DNA of 64,000 nucleotides from Candidatus Curtissbacteria bacterium (GCA_030647775.1 JAUSJC010000010.1:136718-200717); one strand, 5' to 3'; counted from the first letter of the stretch, positions 19,038 through 29,173 are shown. The notes: generated by a model from the letters alone, not told the origin. Made by a program: numbers and translations.

Positions 19038-19787
19038 ATGGAGAACCAAATTAATACAATAATCGGCACCAAAGGCGCTATGTCTATGCGCTTTAATTCC
19101 CGTGGCCGGCAAATTCCGGTAACTTTTATAAATGCTGCGCCCAACCTAATTTTTGTTAATAAAAGCGGCCAATCCCAACTGACCTTCGGTCAAAAGAAAA
19201 AAGCAAAAAAAACAGAGAATGCTTATGTTAAATCTTTCGGATTTGCCCCCCGAAAAATTAAAGAAATTAAAAACCAACAGGAAATTAAAACCGGCGACAA
19301 GATAACAGTCGCCGTTTTTGCGCCGGGGGATGCAGTTAAGGTTACCGGTACTTCAAAAGGAAAAGGTTTCGCGGGTGGTATGAAAAGGTGGGGCTTCCAT
19401 GGAGGGCCAAAAACACACGGACAATCAGATAGGCACAGGTCTCCGGGTTCAATCGGCCAAACAACGACCCCGGGCCGCGTTTTCAAAGGCAAGAAAATGG
19501 CCGGTCATATGGGAAGCGAAACAAAATCCGTTAGAGGCCTGGAAGTTATAGAAATAGACGAGTCAAAAAATATTTTAGTCGTCAAAGGCGCAGTCCCCGG
19601 TGCCAAAAACGGTTTTCTCTTAATTGAAAAGATGGGCAAAGTTAAAACCTATGTTGCCCCTCCTCCACCACAAAAAGAAGATGAAGAGGAAGAAAAGAAA
19701 GCTGAAGTTGAAGAAGAAAAACAAGAAGAATCATCCTCCGCTGAAGCTACGGATGACAAGAAAGGAGATGAAAATGCCAGTAAGTAA
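19038..19787 (+). CDS. rplC: 50S ribosomal protein L3, with an acidic C-terminal extension
   Basis: L3 core (FAPGDAVKVTGTSKGKGFAG, KTHGQSDRHRSPGSIG) followed by about 45 aa that are E/K/D-rich. Confidence 0.93.
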   Translation: MENQINTIIGTKGAMSMRFNSRGRQIPVTFINAAPNLIFVNKSGQSQLTFGQKKKAKKTENAYVKSFGFAPRKIKEIKNQQEIKTGDKITVAVFAPGDAVKVTGTSKGKGFAGGMKRWGFHGGPKTHGQSDRHRSPGSIGQTTTPGRVFKGKKMAGHMGSETKSVRGLEVIEIDESKNILVVKGAVPGAKNGFLLIEKMGKVKTYVAPPPPQKEDEEEEKKAEVEEEKQEESSSAEATDDKKGDENASK

Positions 19788-19792
19788 AAGTA

Positions 19793-19864
19793 CAAAAGTT
19801 GACGGAAAAGGTAAAATCAAAACCTTTTCCAGTCATCCTGAACGAAGTGAAGGAACTATAAAAG
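19793..19864. repeat. 72-nt exact repeat, copy 1 (rplC-rplD spacer)
   Basis: caaaagttgacggaaaaggtaaaatcaaaaccttttccagtcatcctgaacgaagtgaaggaactataaag is identical to 22475-22546. Confidence 0.9.
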
Positions 19865-19983
19865 TGTCAAAAGATAGTTCTCGCTCTGCTCGAACAATAA
19901 CTCAAGATACGTCATTGCGAGGAGCGCAGGGACGAAGCAATCTCAAAACAGAGATCGCCACGACCCGGAAGACGGGCCTCGCG

Positions 19984-20625
19984 ATGACAAAAGGTCAGCC
20001 GGCAAAAACAGGCGGACTCACTGTCAGTGTTTTTGATCTTACCGGGAAAAGTGTTGCAACTATAGCTTTACCAAAAGAAATTTTTGGGCAAACCCCAAAC
20101 AAAAATCTTTTGCACCAGGCGATCCATATTTACCAAGCCAACGCGATTGCCAATACTGCCCATACAAAAACACGCGGCGAAATCCGCGGCGGCGGTACAA
20201 AACCTTGGAAGCAAAAAGGAACAGGACGGGCACGCGCCGGATCAATTCGTTCCCCTCTTTGGGTTGGTGGTGGAATAACTTTTGGTCCCAGGACCAGCAG
20301 TGTCAAATTATCCCTTCCGACAAAAATGAAGCACAGCGCACTTATTTCGGCTCTTTCTGCCAAACGTGAGTCCGGCGCAGTTAAAGTTATTAAAAATATT
20401 GAAAAGCTTGAGCCAAAAACCAGAATTGTCGCCAATCTTCTTTCTAAATTAGAAACAAAAGGGAAAACGCTACTAGTGATTTCCCAAAAAAACCGAAACA
20501 TAAAACTGGCAACCAGAAATATCAAAGAGATCAGCGTAAGTACTCCCCAAAACTTGAATGCCTATGAAATTCTAAAAAGCAGAAACTTACTACTTTCCGC
20601 TGAATCGATTAACAAATTTAAATGA
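19984..20625 (+). CDS. rplD: 50S ribosomal protein L4
   Basis: Conserved L4 sequence starts at MTKGQPAKTGGLTVSVFDLTGKSV (ATG 19984). The longer ORF from 19624 only translates repeat elements in the spacer. Confidence 0.9.
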   Translation: MTKGQPAKTGGLTVSVFDLTGKSVATIALPKEIFGQTPNKNLLHQAIHIYQANAIANTAHTKTRGEIRGGGTKPWKQKGTGRARAGSIRSPLWVGGGITFGPRTSSVKLSLPTKMKHSALISALSAKRESGAVKVIKNIEKLEPKTRIVANLLSKLETKGKTLLVISQKNRNIKLATRNIKEISVSTPQNLNAYEILKSRNLLLSAESINKFK

Positions 20626-20990
20626 AACACGGTGACATTTTACAAAAAGCAATACTTTCCGAAAAAGCATACCGGCTAATGGAAAAAGGTATTTACACAT
20701 TTTTTGTGTCCAAGTCAGCGTCAAAAAAAGATGTGAAGAATTCTATAGAAAAAATGTTCTCGGTAAGTGTCAAAAAAGTTAATGTGGCAGGAATTAGTTC
20801 AAAACAAAAGAAGATTGCCAAAACGAGGAAAACAGTAACAGTCGGCGGCGGCAAAAAAGCCATAGTCTATTTAAAAGCCGGCCAAACTATTTCCGTTCTT
20901 TCACCAAAAACCGAGTCAAAAACCAAGAAAACGAAAAAAACCGGCGAAAAAGATATCGAAAAGGTATCAGTAGAAGGGAAGGAAGGTTAA
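20622..20990 (+). CDS. rplW: 50S ribosomal protein L23
   Basis: 122 aa; its ATG overlaps the rplD stop (ATGA). L23-like N-terminus with a K-rich tail. Confidence 0.92.
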   Translation: MKHGDILQKAILSEKAYRLMEKGIYTFFVSKSASKKDVKNSIEKMFSVSVKKVNVAGISSKQKKIAKTRKTVTVGGGKKAIVYLKAGQTISVLSPKTESKTKKTKKTGEKDIEKVSVEGKEG

Positions 20991-20991
20991 A

Positions 20992-21816
20992 ATGCCAATT
21001 AAAGTCACAAGACCCATATCACCGTCTCAACGTTTCAAAAGCGGTTTGACCTTTGAGGAAATAACCAGAACAAGACCAGAAAGTTCTTTAACCAGCTCTC
21101 TTAATAGAACTTCCGGCAGGTCCGGTGGCAAAGTAACCACCCGAGGCAAAGGCGGCGGGCACAAAAGGAATCTTCGCCAGATTGATTTTAAAAGAAACAA
21201 AATAAACGTTGAGGCAAAAGTTGCTTCAATCGAATACGACCCAAATAGGACTGCCAATATTGCCCTTCTATATTACAAAGATGGCGAAAAAAGATATATT
21301 CTGGCCCCCATTGGTCTTAATGTCGGAGACAAAGTTATGTCAGGGGAAACCGCACCAATTGCCCCCGGCAATTCCTTACCGCTTGCCAAAATTCCGGTTG
21401 GGACTGTTGTTCATAATGTAGAGTTAATCCCCGGTTCCGGCGGTCAGATGGCCAGAAGTGCCGGTGTAGGGGCTATTGTTGCCGCCCGTGAAGGTAAATA
21501 CATCCATCTTAAGCTTCCTTCAAAAGAAGTAAGGCGCGTTCATAGTTCGGCAATTGCTACAATCGGCCAGGTCGGAAACGTTGATTGGAAAAACATAACT
21601 CTTGGCAAAGCCGGCAGATCCCGCCATATGGGAATAAAGCCGACGGTCCGTGGAGTAGCCCAGGATCCAAGATCCCACCCGCATGGCGGTGGAGAAGGAA
21701 AATCCGGTACCGGCATGAATCCAAAAACTCCATGGGGCAAACCGGCAATGGGCAAAAAGACAAGAAATAGAAATAAACCGTCCGGTAGATTCATTATGTC
21801 GAGGAGGAAGAAGTAA
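20992..21816 (+). CDS. rplB: 50S ribosomal protein L2
   Basis: 274 aa. [18 protein letters not shown] and [10 protein letters not shown] motifs. Confidence 0.95.
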   Translation: MPIKVTRPISPSQRFKSGLTFEEITRTRPESSLTSSLNRTSGRSGGKVTTRGKGGGHKRNLRQIDFKRNKINVEAKVASIEYDPNRTANIALLYYKDGEKRYILAPIGLNVGDKVMSGETAPIAPGNSLPLAKIPVGTVVHNVELIPGSGGQMARSAGVGAIVAAREGKYIHLKLPSKEVRRVHSSAIATIGQVGNVDWKNITLGKAGRSRHMGIKPTVRGVAQDPRSHPHGGGEGKSGTGMNPKTPWGKPAMGKKTRNRNKPSGRFIMSRRKK

Positions 21817-22100
21817 TGGCCAGATCTAGTAAAAAGGGACCATACGTAGACGAAAAATTAATGAAAAAGGTAATGGCTCAGAAAGAATCCGGCAAAAAAG
21901 AGCCAATTAAAACTTGGGCAAGGGCAAGCCAAATCCCGCCGGAATTTGTCAGTCACACTTTTGCTGTCCACAATGGCCGGGCGCATATTAATGTTTTTGT
22001 TTCCGAACCAATGGTTGGCCACAGGCTCGGTGAATTTGCGCCAACTAGAGTCTTTAGAGGCCACGGAAAAATAACCGAAAAGGCCACAGCAAAGAAATAA
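21816..22100 (+). CDS. rpsS: 30S ribosomal protein S19
   Basis: 94 aa. SSKKGPYVD...[27 protein letters not shown]. Confidence 0.95.
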   Translation: MARSSKKGPYVDEKLMKKVMAQKESGKKEPIKTWARASQIPPEFVSHTFAVHNGRAHINVFVSEPMVGHRLGEFAPTRVFRGHGKITEKATAKK

Positions 22101-22591
22101 TGATTATTGAAGCGTCAGTTAAAAATATTCGAATATCAGCCGAAAAGGTTAAGCTTGTTGTGGACCAAATTAAAAAAATGCCGCCCCAAAAAGCTATTCA
22201 AATATTAAATTTTGTTAATAAATCATCTTCACCGGTTTTAAAAAAAGTTATTGCATCGGCACTTGCCAACGCTAAAAATAATCATGGTATCTCCGAAGGA
22301 GATTTAATTTTCAAGGAGATCTTAGTCGGTAATGGCCCGATGTTCAAAAGATTTCGGCCGGTATCCAGAGGAAGAGCACATCACATTTTAAAACGAACAA
22401 GCAATATCAAAATTGTATTGGAATCAAAAGCCGGGGAGACAAAAGTCTCAAAGGCGCCATCAACAAAAGAAGTATCAAAAGTTGACGGAAAAGGTAAAAT
22501 CAAAACCTTTTCCAGTCATCCTGAACGAAGTGAAGGAACTATAAAGCAAAACAAGAAAGAGAAAGGAGCTGTTAGTGGGGCAAAAAGTTAA
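22100..22591 (+). CDS. rplV: 50S ribosomal protein L22 with a repeat-derived C-terminal extension
   Basis: L22 core to ...RAHHILKRTSNIKIVLESK, then about 46 in-frame extra aa. Of these, 24 (VDGKGKIKTFSSHPERSEGTIK) are encoded by the 72-nt repeat. The stop overlaps rpsC by 17 nt. Confidence 0.88.
   Translation: MIIEASVKNIRISAEKVKLVVDQIKKMPPQKAIQILNFVNKSSSPVLKKVIASALANAKNNHGISEGDLIFKEILVGNGPMFKRFRPVSRGRAHHILKRTSNIKIVLESKAGETKVSKAPSTKEVSKVDGKGKIKTFSSHPERSEGTIKQNKKEKGAVSGAKS
22475..22546. repeat. 72-nt exact repeat, copy 2 (inside the rplV 3' end)
   Basis: Identical to 19793-19864. Confidence 0.9.
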
Positions 22592-23213
22592 CCCGATAGG
22601 TTTTAGGCTTGGAACTGTTTATACCTGGAATTCCAGGTGGTTTGCCAAAAAAGGGAATTTTGCAACCCTTCTCTTAGAAGATTACAAAATCCGTAAGTTT
22701 TTGATGGAAAACTTGAAAGCCGCGGGTATCACACGTGTAGAGATCGAAAGGTCTTTCGACAAAAGAACCATTATTGTCCATGTTGCCCGCCCCGGTGTTG
22801 CCATTGGCCGCGGTGGAACAGGCATTGAGCAAATAAAATCAACTCTAATCAAAAAGTTTAAAATCACCGATCCGGGCAAATTGGAAATAAGATTTGAGGA
22901 AGTTAAAGCACCGGACTTGGATGCTTATTTGGTTGCTATAAATATTGCAGACCAACTCGCCCGCCGCATTCCTTTTAGAAGAGTTATGAATCAATCCTTA
23001 GAAAGAGTCAAAAGATCCGGAGCGAAAGGGGTCCGAATCTCCTTGGGCGGCAGGCTTGGAGGTTCTGAGATAGCCAGGCGTGAAACTCTTAAAGATGGGT
23101 CAATTCCTCTGCATACTATTCGCGCGCAAATTGATTTTGCAAAAATTGACGCCAAAGTTCCAAGAGCAGGGATAGTCGGAATAAAAGTTTGGATCTTTAA
23201 AGGTGAATCATGA
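22575..23213 (+). CDS. rpsC: 30S ribosomal protein S3
   Basis: GTG start. MGQKVNPIGFRLG N-terminus; KH and S3-C regions. Confidence 0.93.
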   Translation: MGQKVNPIGFRLGTVYTWNSRWFAKKGNFATLLLEDYKIRKFLMENLKAAGITRVEIERSFDKRTIIVHVARPGVAIGRGGTGIEQIKSTLIKKFKITDPGKLEIRFEEVKAPDLDAYLVAINIADQLARRIPFRRVMNQSLERVKRSGAKGVRISLGGRLGGSEIARRETLKDGSIPLHTIRAQIDFAKIDAKVPRAGIVGIKVWIFKGES

Positions 23214-23318
23214 AACACGAATTGATCCGAATTCTTACTCCGAATGGACCCGAACACGTTTCGGGAATTAAAATATCGCTTTCGGATAAATTCGGACTAA
23301 AAATAAGGATAAATTAGG
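23213..23318 (+). promoter_or_regulatory. Conserved ~105-nt leader upstream of rplP
   Basis: acgaattgatccgaattcttactccgaatggacccgaacacg...ggactaaaaataaggataaattaggATG is a paralogue of 18931-19037. Confidence 0.5.
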
Positions 23319-23723
23319 ATGTTACAACCAAAAAGAGCAAAACATAGAAAACAATTTAGAGGTAAAATGAGAGGCCTTGCCATTCGCGGCAGTACCTTGT
23401 CCTTTGGCTCATTTGGCCTCAAAAGCCAAGAAGCTGGATGGATTTCGGCCCGCCAAATAGAAGCCGCTCGTCGGGCAATGACCCATTACACCAAAAGAGG
23501 CGGCCGTATCTGGATTAGAATTTTTCCCGATAAGCCGATAACCAAAAAACCTGCAGAAACCAGAATGGGTTCCGGCAAAGGTGAAGTTGACCAGTTCGTT
23601 GCAGTCGTAAGACCAGGGACAATTCTTTTTGAGATGGGAGCAGTTGAAGAAAAAGTTGCCCACGCGGCGATTAGGTTAGCAGCAAACAAACTGCCTATAA
23701 AAACAAAAATAATAACCAGATAA
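23319..23723 (+). CDS. rplP: 50S ribosomal protein L16
   Basis: 134 aa. [19 protein letters not shown]... Confidence 0.95.
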   Translation: MLQPKRAKHRKQFRGKMRGLAIRGSTLSFGSFGLKSQEAGWISARQIEAARRAMTHYTKRGGRIWIRIFPDKPITKKPAETRMGSGKGEVDQFVAVVRPGTILFEMGAVEEKVAHAAIRLAANKLPIKTKIITR

Positions 23724-23776
23724 ATTTAAAAACAATTTATAAGAGAGCTTGTTTTAATAAAATAAATATTTAAAAA

Positions 23777-24031
23777 ATGAAAAAGAAAGATTTAGAAGAG
23801 TTTAAAAAACAAGATATCGGCCAGTTAAAAAAGAAAATTGCTGACCTTAAAAAGGAAGCTGCAAATATAAAAATCGATCTTTCAATGGGGAAGGTAAAAA
23901 ACGTGCATAGTATCTTACAAAAGAAAAAAGCAGTTGCCAAAATCATGACAATTCTAACGCTAAAGACATTAGCGGCAAAATCCGCACAAGTCATAAAAAC
24001 AAACAAGGAGGTAAAAGTTGGCGCACGTTGA
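23777..24031 (+). CDS. rpmC: 50S ribosomal protein L29
   Basis: 84 aa, K-rich helical, in the position expected between L16 and S17. An inverted ATAAGAGAGCTT motif lies at 23739-23750 upstream. Confidence 0.85.
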   Translation: MKKKDLEEFKKQDIGQLKKKIADLKKEAANIKIDLSMGKVKNVHSILQKKKAVAKIMTILTLKTLAAKSAQVIKTNKEVKVGAR

Positions 24032-24254
24032 GGTCGGAACCGTGGTTTCCATAAAAATGCAAAAAACAGTGGTTGTAAAAGTACAAAGGAAAGTGAAACA
24101 CCCACTTTATAAAAAGCAAGTGACCAGGACTAATAAATTTAAGGCCCATGATGAAATTGGTGCCGGTCTTGGACAAAAGGTCAGAATTGCCGGGACTAAA
24201 CCAATCTCAAAGGACATCCATTTTAAAGTTACGGAGGTAATTTCAAAGTGGTAA
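24018..24254 (+). CDS. rpsQ: 30S ribosomal protein S17
   Basis: TTG start 6 nt after aaggagg. GTVVSIKMQKTVVVKVQRKVKHPLYKK. Confidence 0.9.
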   Translation: MAHVEVGTVVSIKMQKTVVVKVQRKVKHPLYKKQVTRTNKFKAHDEIGAGLGQKVRIAGTKPISKDIHFKVTEVISKW

Positions 24255-24616
24255 CCAGAAGAACAGTTTTGGTTGTTGCAGATAATAGTGGAGCCAAAAG
24301 CATGATTATTATAGGTATCGGCAAAGGTACAGGTAGAAGATTTACAAGTCTTGGAGATAAGGTTACCTGCGTAGTTCGTGGTGCCTCATCTACCGGCCAA
24401 GTCAAAGATCACGAGATTGTAAAGGCGGTAATAGTTCGAACAAGGAAAGAAAAGAAAAGGACTGACGGCTCGTACATTAGATTTTCAGATAACGCCGGAG
24501 TTATAACAGATGATTCCGGAACCCCGCGAGGTACCAGGATCTTTGGGCCGGTTGCCTCAGAACTTAGAGATCGTGGTTACAACAAAATCATTTCCATGGC
24601 AAGGGAGGTTGTATAA
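24248..24616 (+). CDS. rplN: 50S ribosomal protein L14
   Basis: GTG start. RTVLVVADNSGAK... Confidence 0.95.
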   Translation: MVTRRTVLVVADNSGAKSMIIIGIGKGTGRRFTSLGDKVTCVVRGASSTGQVKDHEIVKAVIVRTRKEKKRTDGSYIRFSDNAGVITDDSGTPRGTRIFGPVASELRDRGYNKIISMAREVV

Positions 24617-24619
24617 AAA

Positions 24620-24928
24620 ATGTTTAAATTCAAAGTCGCAGACCTGATTTTAGTAACAACTGGAAAAGACAAAGGCAAAAAGGGCAAAATTGAAAAAGTC
24701 TTTACTACCGACAATAAAATCACAATTGCCGGTGTTAATATCTACAAAAGACATAAAAAAGTTACCAAAAATCAGGCAGCCGGTATTTATGAAATAACTC
24801 GACCTATTGACGTTGCCAAGGTCGCTCTCATCTGTCCTAAATGCCAAAAGCAAACGAGGGTTGGTTTCGTGTTGGAAGGAAAAGTTAAGAAAAGAATTTG
24901 TAAAAAATGTAAGGGGATATTATCATGA
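24620..24928 (+). CDS. rplX: 50S ribosomal protein L24 with a C-terminal zinc ribbon
   Basis: KOW region, then CPKC...CKKC. Confidence 0.92.
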   Translation: MFKFKVADLILVTTGKDKGKKGKIEKVFTTDNKITIAGVNIYKRHKKVTKNQAAGIYEITRPIDVAKVALICPKCQKQTRVGFVLEGKVKKRICKKCKGILS

Positions 24929-25464
24929 GCCTTTACCAAAAGTACCAGGAAGAAGTCCTCCCAAAATTAAAAGAAGAATTTGGGATTTCTAATGATTTTG
25001 CAGCGCCGAAAATCGAAAAAATTGTTTTGAATGTTGGAGTAGCAGAAGCAATTAGTTCAAAAGATGTTCTTGAAAAAGTAAAAGAGCAACTCTCAACTAT
25101 TTCCGGTCAGATGCCCAGGGTGACTTTAGCCAAGAAATCTATTTCGGCATTTAAATTAAAAGAGAAAGATCCTATTGGCGTCATGGTTACACTGCGCGGT
25201 AAAAGAGCGTGGAATTTTCTTGAGAGGTTTATTGCGGTTGTTCTTCCAAGAATAAGGGACTTTCGTGGCTTGCCAAAGGATAAGTTCGACAGGGCAGGCA
25301 ATTATAGCATCGGTTTACAAGAGCAAATATTATTCCCCGAAATCGATTACTCCAAAATCGATAAAGTTAGGGGTCTGGTTGTAACAATAGTTATTAAAAA
25401 TAGTGAAAGCGCAAGATCACAAAAACTATTGGAGCTTTTAGGCGCTCCATTTAAGAAGGATTGA
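24925..25464 (+). CDS. rplE: 50S ribosomal protein L5
   Basis: 179 aa. Conserved L5 blocks. Confidence 0.95.
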   Translation: MSLYQKYQEEVLPKLKEEFGISNDFAAPKIEKIVLNVGVAEAISSKDVLEKVKEQLSTISGQMPRVTLAKKSISAFKLKEKDPIGVMVTLRGKRAWNFLERFIAVVLPRIRDFRGLPKDKFDRAGNYSIGLQEQILFPEIDYSKIDKVRGLVVTIVIKNSESARSQKLLELLGAPFKKD

Positions 25465-25465
25465 A

Positions 25466-25651
25466 ATGGCCAAAACGTCACAGATAGTTAGAAATAATAG
25501 AAAACCGAAATTTAAAGTGCGTCACAGAAACCGCTGCATGATCTGTGGCAGATCTCGCGGTTATCTTGGGAAGTTTGGAATATGCCGTTTATGTTTTAGA
25601 GATCTTGCCCATAGGGGAGAAATCCCGGGAGTGAAAAAATCGTCATGGTAA
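25466..25651 (+). CDS. rpsN: 30S ribosomal protein S14 type Z (zinc-binding)
   Basis: 61 aa. [22 protein letters not shown]. Confidence 0.93.
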   Translation: MAKTSQIVRNNRKPKFKVRHRNRCMICGRSRGYLGKFGICRLCFRDLAHRGEIPGVKKSSW

Positions 25652-25700
25652 GGGAAGAAGAATATCGAGAAAAGCTTTAGCTTTTCTTCAAGTAAATATT

Positions 25701-26075
25701 ATGGATTCAATAGCAGATATGTTAATCACAATTAAAAATGGTTACATGGCTAAAAAGCTAAGTGTTAGCGTACCCTACTCCAAGTTTAAACTGGAAATCG
25801 CCAAGGTGATTGAAGCCAGTAAATTTATTGGCAAAGTCCAAAGAGAAGAAAGAAACATAAACATCGAGCTGGTTTACGAAAATCAAAAACCTAAAATTAC
25901 CGAGATAAAACGCGTTTCAAAACTCGGTCTTAGAGTCTACGCAAAGAAAAAAGATATTAAGATGGTCAAGGGTGGAAAGGGTTTGTACATTTTGTCTACA
26001 CCCCAAGGTGTAATGACTGGTCAAGCTGCCAAAGCAAAAAATCTCGGAGGGGAGGTCATCTGCCAGATCTGGTAG
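25701..26075 (+). CDS. rpsH: 30S ribosomal protein S8
   Basis: DSIADMLITIKNG... Confidence 0.95.
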   Translation: MDSIADMLITIKNGYMAKKLSVSVPYSKFKLEIAKVIEASKFIGKVQREERNINIELVYENQKPKITEIKRVSKLGLRVYAKKKDIKMVKGGKGLYILSTPQGVMTGQAAKAKNLGGEVICQIW

Positions 26076-26082
26076 AAATAAT

Positions 26083-26634
26083 ATGTCAAAAATCGGAAAT
26101 CTTCCAGTTTTAATACCACAAGGTGTCACTGTCACAAAAGTTGATAGCGACATTAATGTGTCGGGTCCCAAAGGGAATCTTACCTTTAATGTCCATCCCG
26201 AAATAAAAGTCGAAATAGAAAACGACAAGATTAAGGTGATTCGAAAATCAGAAACAAAATTCGCCAAATCTCTGCACGGGCTGACAAGAAGCATTATTGC
26301 CAATATGGTAAAGGGCGTTGTGGACGGCCACGAAAAAGTTCTTGAAGTTGTAGGTGTAGGTTACCGGGCAATAAAACAAGGGGACGGGCTTGTTCTTAAT
26401 GTTGGTTATTCTCATCCGGTCATCATCGCTCCTCTTAGTGGAGTTCAATTAGATACCAAGGAAAATAAAATTATCGTTACGGGTGCCAACAAAGTTATTG
26501 TTGGTGAAATGGCGGCAAGAATCAGAAGGGTTAGACCGCCTGAACCTTACAAGGGTAAAGGCATCAAATATGCAGATGAAGTCATAAGAAGAAAGGCCGG
26601 AAAAACAGTTAAAGCGGTTGGGGGTGGGGCATAG
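26083..26634 (+). CDS. rplF: 50S ribosomal protein L6
   Basis: 183 aa. SKIGNLPVLIPQGVTVT... Confidence 0.95.
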   Translation: MSKIGNLPVLIPQGVTVTKVDSDINVSGPKGNLTFNVHPEIKVEIENDKIKVIRKSETKFAKSLHGLTRSIIANMVKGVVDGHEKVLEVVGVGYRAIKQGDGLVLNVGYSHPVIIAPLSGVQLDTKENKIIVTGANKVIVGEMAARIRRVRPPEPYKGKGIKYADEVIRRKAGKTVKAVGGGA

Positions 26635-27005
26635 TGAAATTATCCAGGTCGAAGAAAATATCTCAAAGATTGAAAAGGCATGCTCATATTAGAAAAAATG
26701 TTAGAGGCTCACAAAGCATTCCCAGGCTTGTCGTTTCCAGATCGAATAAATACCTTTATGCACAAATTATTGATGATACTAAGGGAGAGACGCTGGCGGC
26801 TGTCTCAACGTTAAAGGTCAAAGGAATGAAAGAAGATTCAAAAAACCCCAAAACAAATCTGGCATACACGATAGGTGAAAAACTTGCCCACGATGCTTTA
26901 GCCAAAAAAATTAAAAAGGTAGTTTTTGACAGAGCAGGTTACAAGTATCATGGGAGAGTTAAGGCTCTGGCAGAAGGCGCCAGAAAAGGAGGTCTAAATT
27001 TTTAA
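26634..27005 (+). CDS. rplR: 50S ribosomal protein L18
   Basis: 123 aa. [19 protein letters not shown]... Confidence 0.93.
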   Translation: MKLSRSKKISQRLKRHAHIRKNVRGSQSIPRLVVSRSNKYLYAQIIDDTKGETLAAVSTLKVKGMKEDSKNPKTNLAYTIGEKLAHDALAKKIKKVVFDRAGYKYHGRVKALAEGARKGGLNF

Positions 27006-27021
27006 TCGAAGGTTCAATAAT

Positions 27022-27465
27022 ATGGAAAGTAGCGGTATGCCGAGGGAGTTTGAGGAAAAAGTTGTCCAAGTAAACAGGGTTTCCAAAAAAACTAAAGGCG
27101 GCAATAAAATTAGTTTTTCTGTTCTCGTTGTAGTTGGAGATAAAAAAGGCAGGGTTGGTGTGGGTCTCGGCAAAGCAAAGGACGTTGCTTCGGCCATTAG
27201 AAAAGCTGTTAACTACGCGAAGAAACATTTAATAAATGTTCCCATTAAAAATGGGACAATAGAAAGTGATATTTTTCTAAAACTAGGTGCAGCCAAAGTT
27301 TTGCTAAAACCGGCACCGGAAGGATCCGGTGTCATAGCGGGAGGCGCAGTTCGGGTCGTCGTCGAGGCAGCGGGGATAAGAAATATCTCATCAAAAGTTT
27401 TGGGAACAAAAAATCAGGCATCAAATGTTTATGCAACGCTAGAAGCTCTAAAAAGATTATCATGA
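27022..27465 (+). CDS. rpsE: 30S ribosomal protein S5
   Basis: [11 protein letters not shown]...[20 protein letters not shown]... Confidence 0.95.
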   Translation: MESSGMPREFEEKVVQVNRVSKKTKGGNKISFSVLVVVGDKKGRVGVGLGKAKDVASAIRKAVNYAKKHLINVPIKNGTIESDIFLKLGAAKVLLKPAPEGSGVIAGGAVRVVVEAAGIRNISSKVLGTKNQASNVYATLEALKRLS

Positions 27466-27890
27466 TAAATTTACATAGCTTATCAAAAATCAATAAAAAG
27501 GAGTCTAAAAGAATTGGTCGCGGTCCCGGATCAGGCAAGGGTAAAACCACAGGCCGTGGTACCAAAGGCCAAAATGCCAGAGGTAAACTGCCCATCACCC
27601 ACGCCCATTATGAGGGTGGACAAAGGCCGCTTTTTAAACGGCTTCCTTATAGAAAAGGTAAAGGCAATAGAAAAGTATCCCCAAAACCAGTTGTTATCAA
27701 TCTTGAAGATTTAGCCAAACTGCCCAAAACGTCAACGGTCACGCTCGACCTATTAGTCAAGATGAAATTGGTTAGTGAAAAAGAGGTCCGAGAGAGGGGA
27801 ATAAAGATATTAGGCACTGGGTCTATCCCGCTTGGTCTTAAAATAGATTTACCAATGGCCAAAAAGGTTTCAGAAAAATTTAAAAGATAA
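27462..27890 (+). CDS. rplO: 50S ribosomal protein L15 (follows S5 directly; no L30 gene)
   Basis: [24 protein letters not shown]. No rpmD ORF lies between rpsE and rplO. Confidence 0.93.
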   Translation: MINLHSLSKINKKESKRIGRGPGSGKGKTTGRGTKGQNARGKLPITHAHYEGGQRPLFKRLPYRKGKGNRKVSPKPVVINLEDLAKLPKTSTVTLDLLVKMKLVSEKEVRERGIKILGTGSIPLGLKIDLPMAKKVSEKFKR

Positions 27891-27892
27891 CG

Positions 27893-29173
27893 ATGTCAAA
27901 ATATTTCCAAACACTAATCAGAATCTTCAAAGCAAAGGACCTAAGAAAAAAGATTCTCTTTACTGCCCTTATTTTTTTTGTTTTCAGGTTATTTGCCTAT
28001 GTTCCTGTGCCGGGTGTAGATATTGTTTCCCTAAAACAGCTCTTTGCTTCAAGCCAGCTCCTTTCTCTTTTAGATGTTTTCTCGGGTGGGACTCTCGCCA
28101 ATTTTTCTGTAATGTCCCTGGGGCTTAACCCTTACATCAACGCAAGTATCATAATGCAGCTTTTGCAGCTGGTTTTTCCAAAACTTGAAGAGCTGGCAAA
28201 AGAAGGAGAATCAGGAAGAGAAAAAATAAATCAATATACTCGTTATTTATCTGTGCCTCTGACAGTCCTTCAGGCCTTTGGGATGTACATTCTCCTTAAA
28301 AACTCTAATCTAATAAACGCCGTTACTCCCCTTACGATTCTTTCACTTGTTGCCACTATGACAGCCGGGTCAATTCTATTAATGTGGTTAGGGGAAATGA
28401 TCTCCGAAAAAGGTATCGGCAACGGAATTTCAATGGTGATTTTCGCCGGTATTGTGGGAAGGCTTCCTATTAGTCTTGCTCAACAGGGCGCACTTTTTGA
28501 TCCGAGTCAAATTAAAGATGTCCTAATTTTTGCTGTTATGGCGCTTGTTGTTATTGTTTCTATTGTTTTTGTTACAGAATCTCAAAGACCTATCCGTGTT
28601 AACTATTCAAGACGTGCATCTGGTCAATCCGGAGCATCGAGCTTTATCCCATTGCGGGTTAATCAAGCTGGGGTCATCCCTATAATTTTCGCAGTCTCCT
28701 TAATTCTTCTTCCGACTACATTTGCCAGATTTTTTGAAAGATCCCCAAATGTCTTTATTGCCAATATGTCACAAAATTTAGATAGGCTCTTTAACCCCCA
28801 AGGGATCATGTACAATGCCACCTACTTTTTACTAGTAGTTGCCTTCACCTTTTTCTATACAACCGTTGCTTTTAATACTAAGCAAATTTCGGAAATGCTT
28901 ATGAAGCAAGGTGGTTTTCTTCCCGGTATCCGTCCCGGCTCGTCAACAAAATCTTACTTAGACCATATTTCTTTAAGGATTACTTTATTTGGCGCCCTTT
29001 TCTTGGGCCTTATTGCTATTCTCCCGTCAATCGGACAGAGTCTGACCGGTATTACGAGCCTTATGATCGGGGGCACCGGACTTCTAATCGTAGTTTCTGT
29101 TGTTTTAGAAACCGCCAAACAAATCGAATCGCAACTTGTAACAAGAAGTTATGAAGGATTTTTAAAAAGATGA
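27893..29173 (+). CDS. secY: Preprotein translocase subunit SecY
   Basis: 426 aa, 10 TM helices, in the conserved position after L15. Confidence 0.95.
   Translation: MSKYFQTLIRIFKAKDLRKKILFTALIFFVFRLFAYVPVPGVDIVSLKQLFASSQLLSLLDVFSGGTLANFSVMSLGLNPYINASIIMQLLQLVFPKLEELAKEGESGREKINQYTRYLSVPLTVLQAFGMYILLKNSNLINAVTPLTILSLVATMTAGSILLMWLGEMISEKGIGNGISMVIFAGIVGRLPISLAQQGALFDPSQIKDVLIFAVMALVVIVSIVFVTESQRPIRVNYSRRASGQSGASSFIPLRVNQAGVIPIIFAVSLILLPTTFARFFERSPNVFIANMSQNLDRLFNPQGIMYNATYFLLVVAFTFFYTTVAFNTKQISEMLMKQGGFLPGIRPGSSTKSYLDHISLRITLFGALFLGLIAILPSIGQSLTGITSLMIGGTGLLIVVSVVLETAKQIESQLVTRSYEGFLKR

Noticed and set aside
19624-19983. A long ORF (19624-20625) would give L4 a 120-aa N-terminal extension that overlaps the rplC 3' end.
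   Set aside because: The extension is just the translation of the intergenic repeat modules. The conserved L4 sequence starts at ATG 19984.
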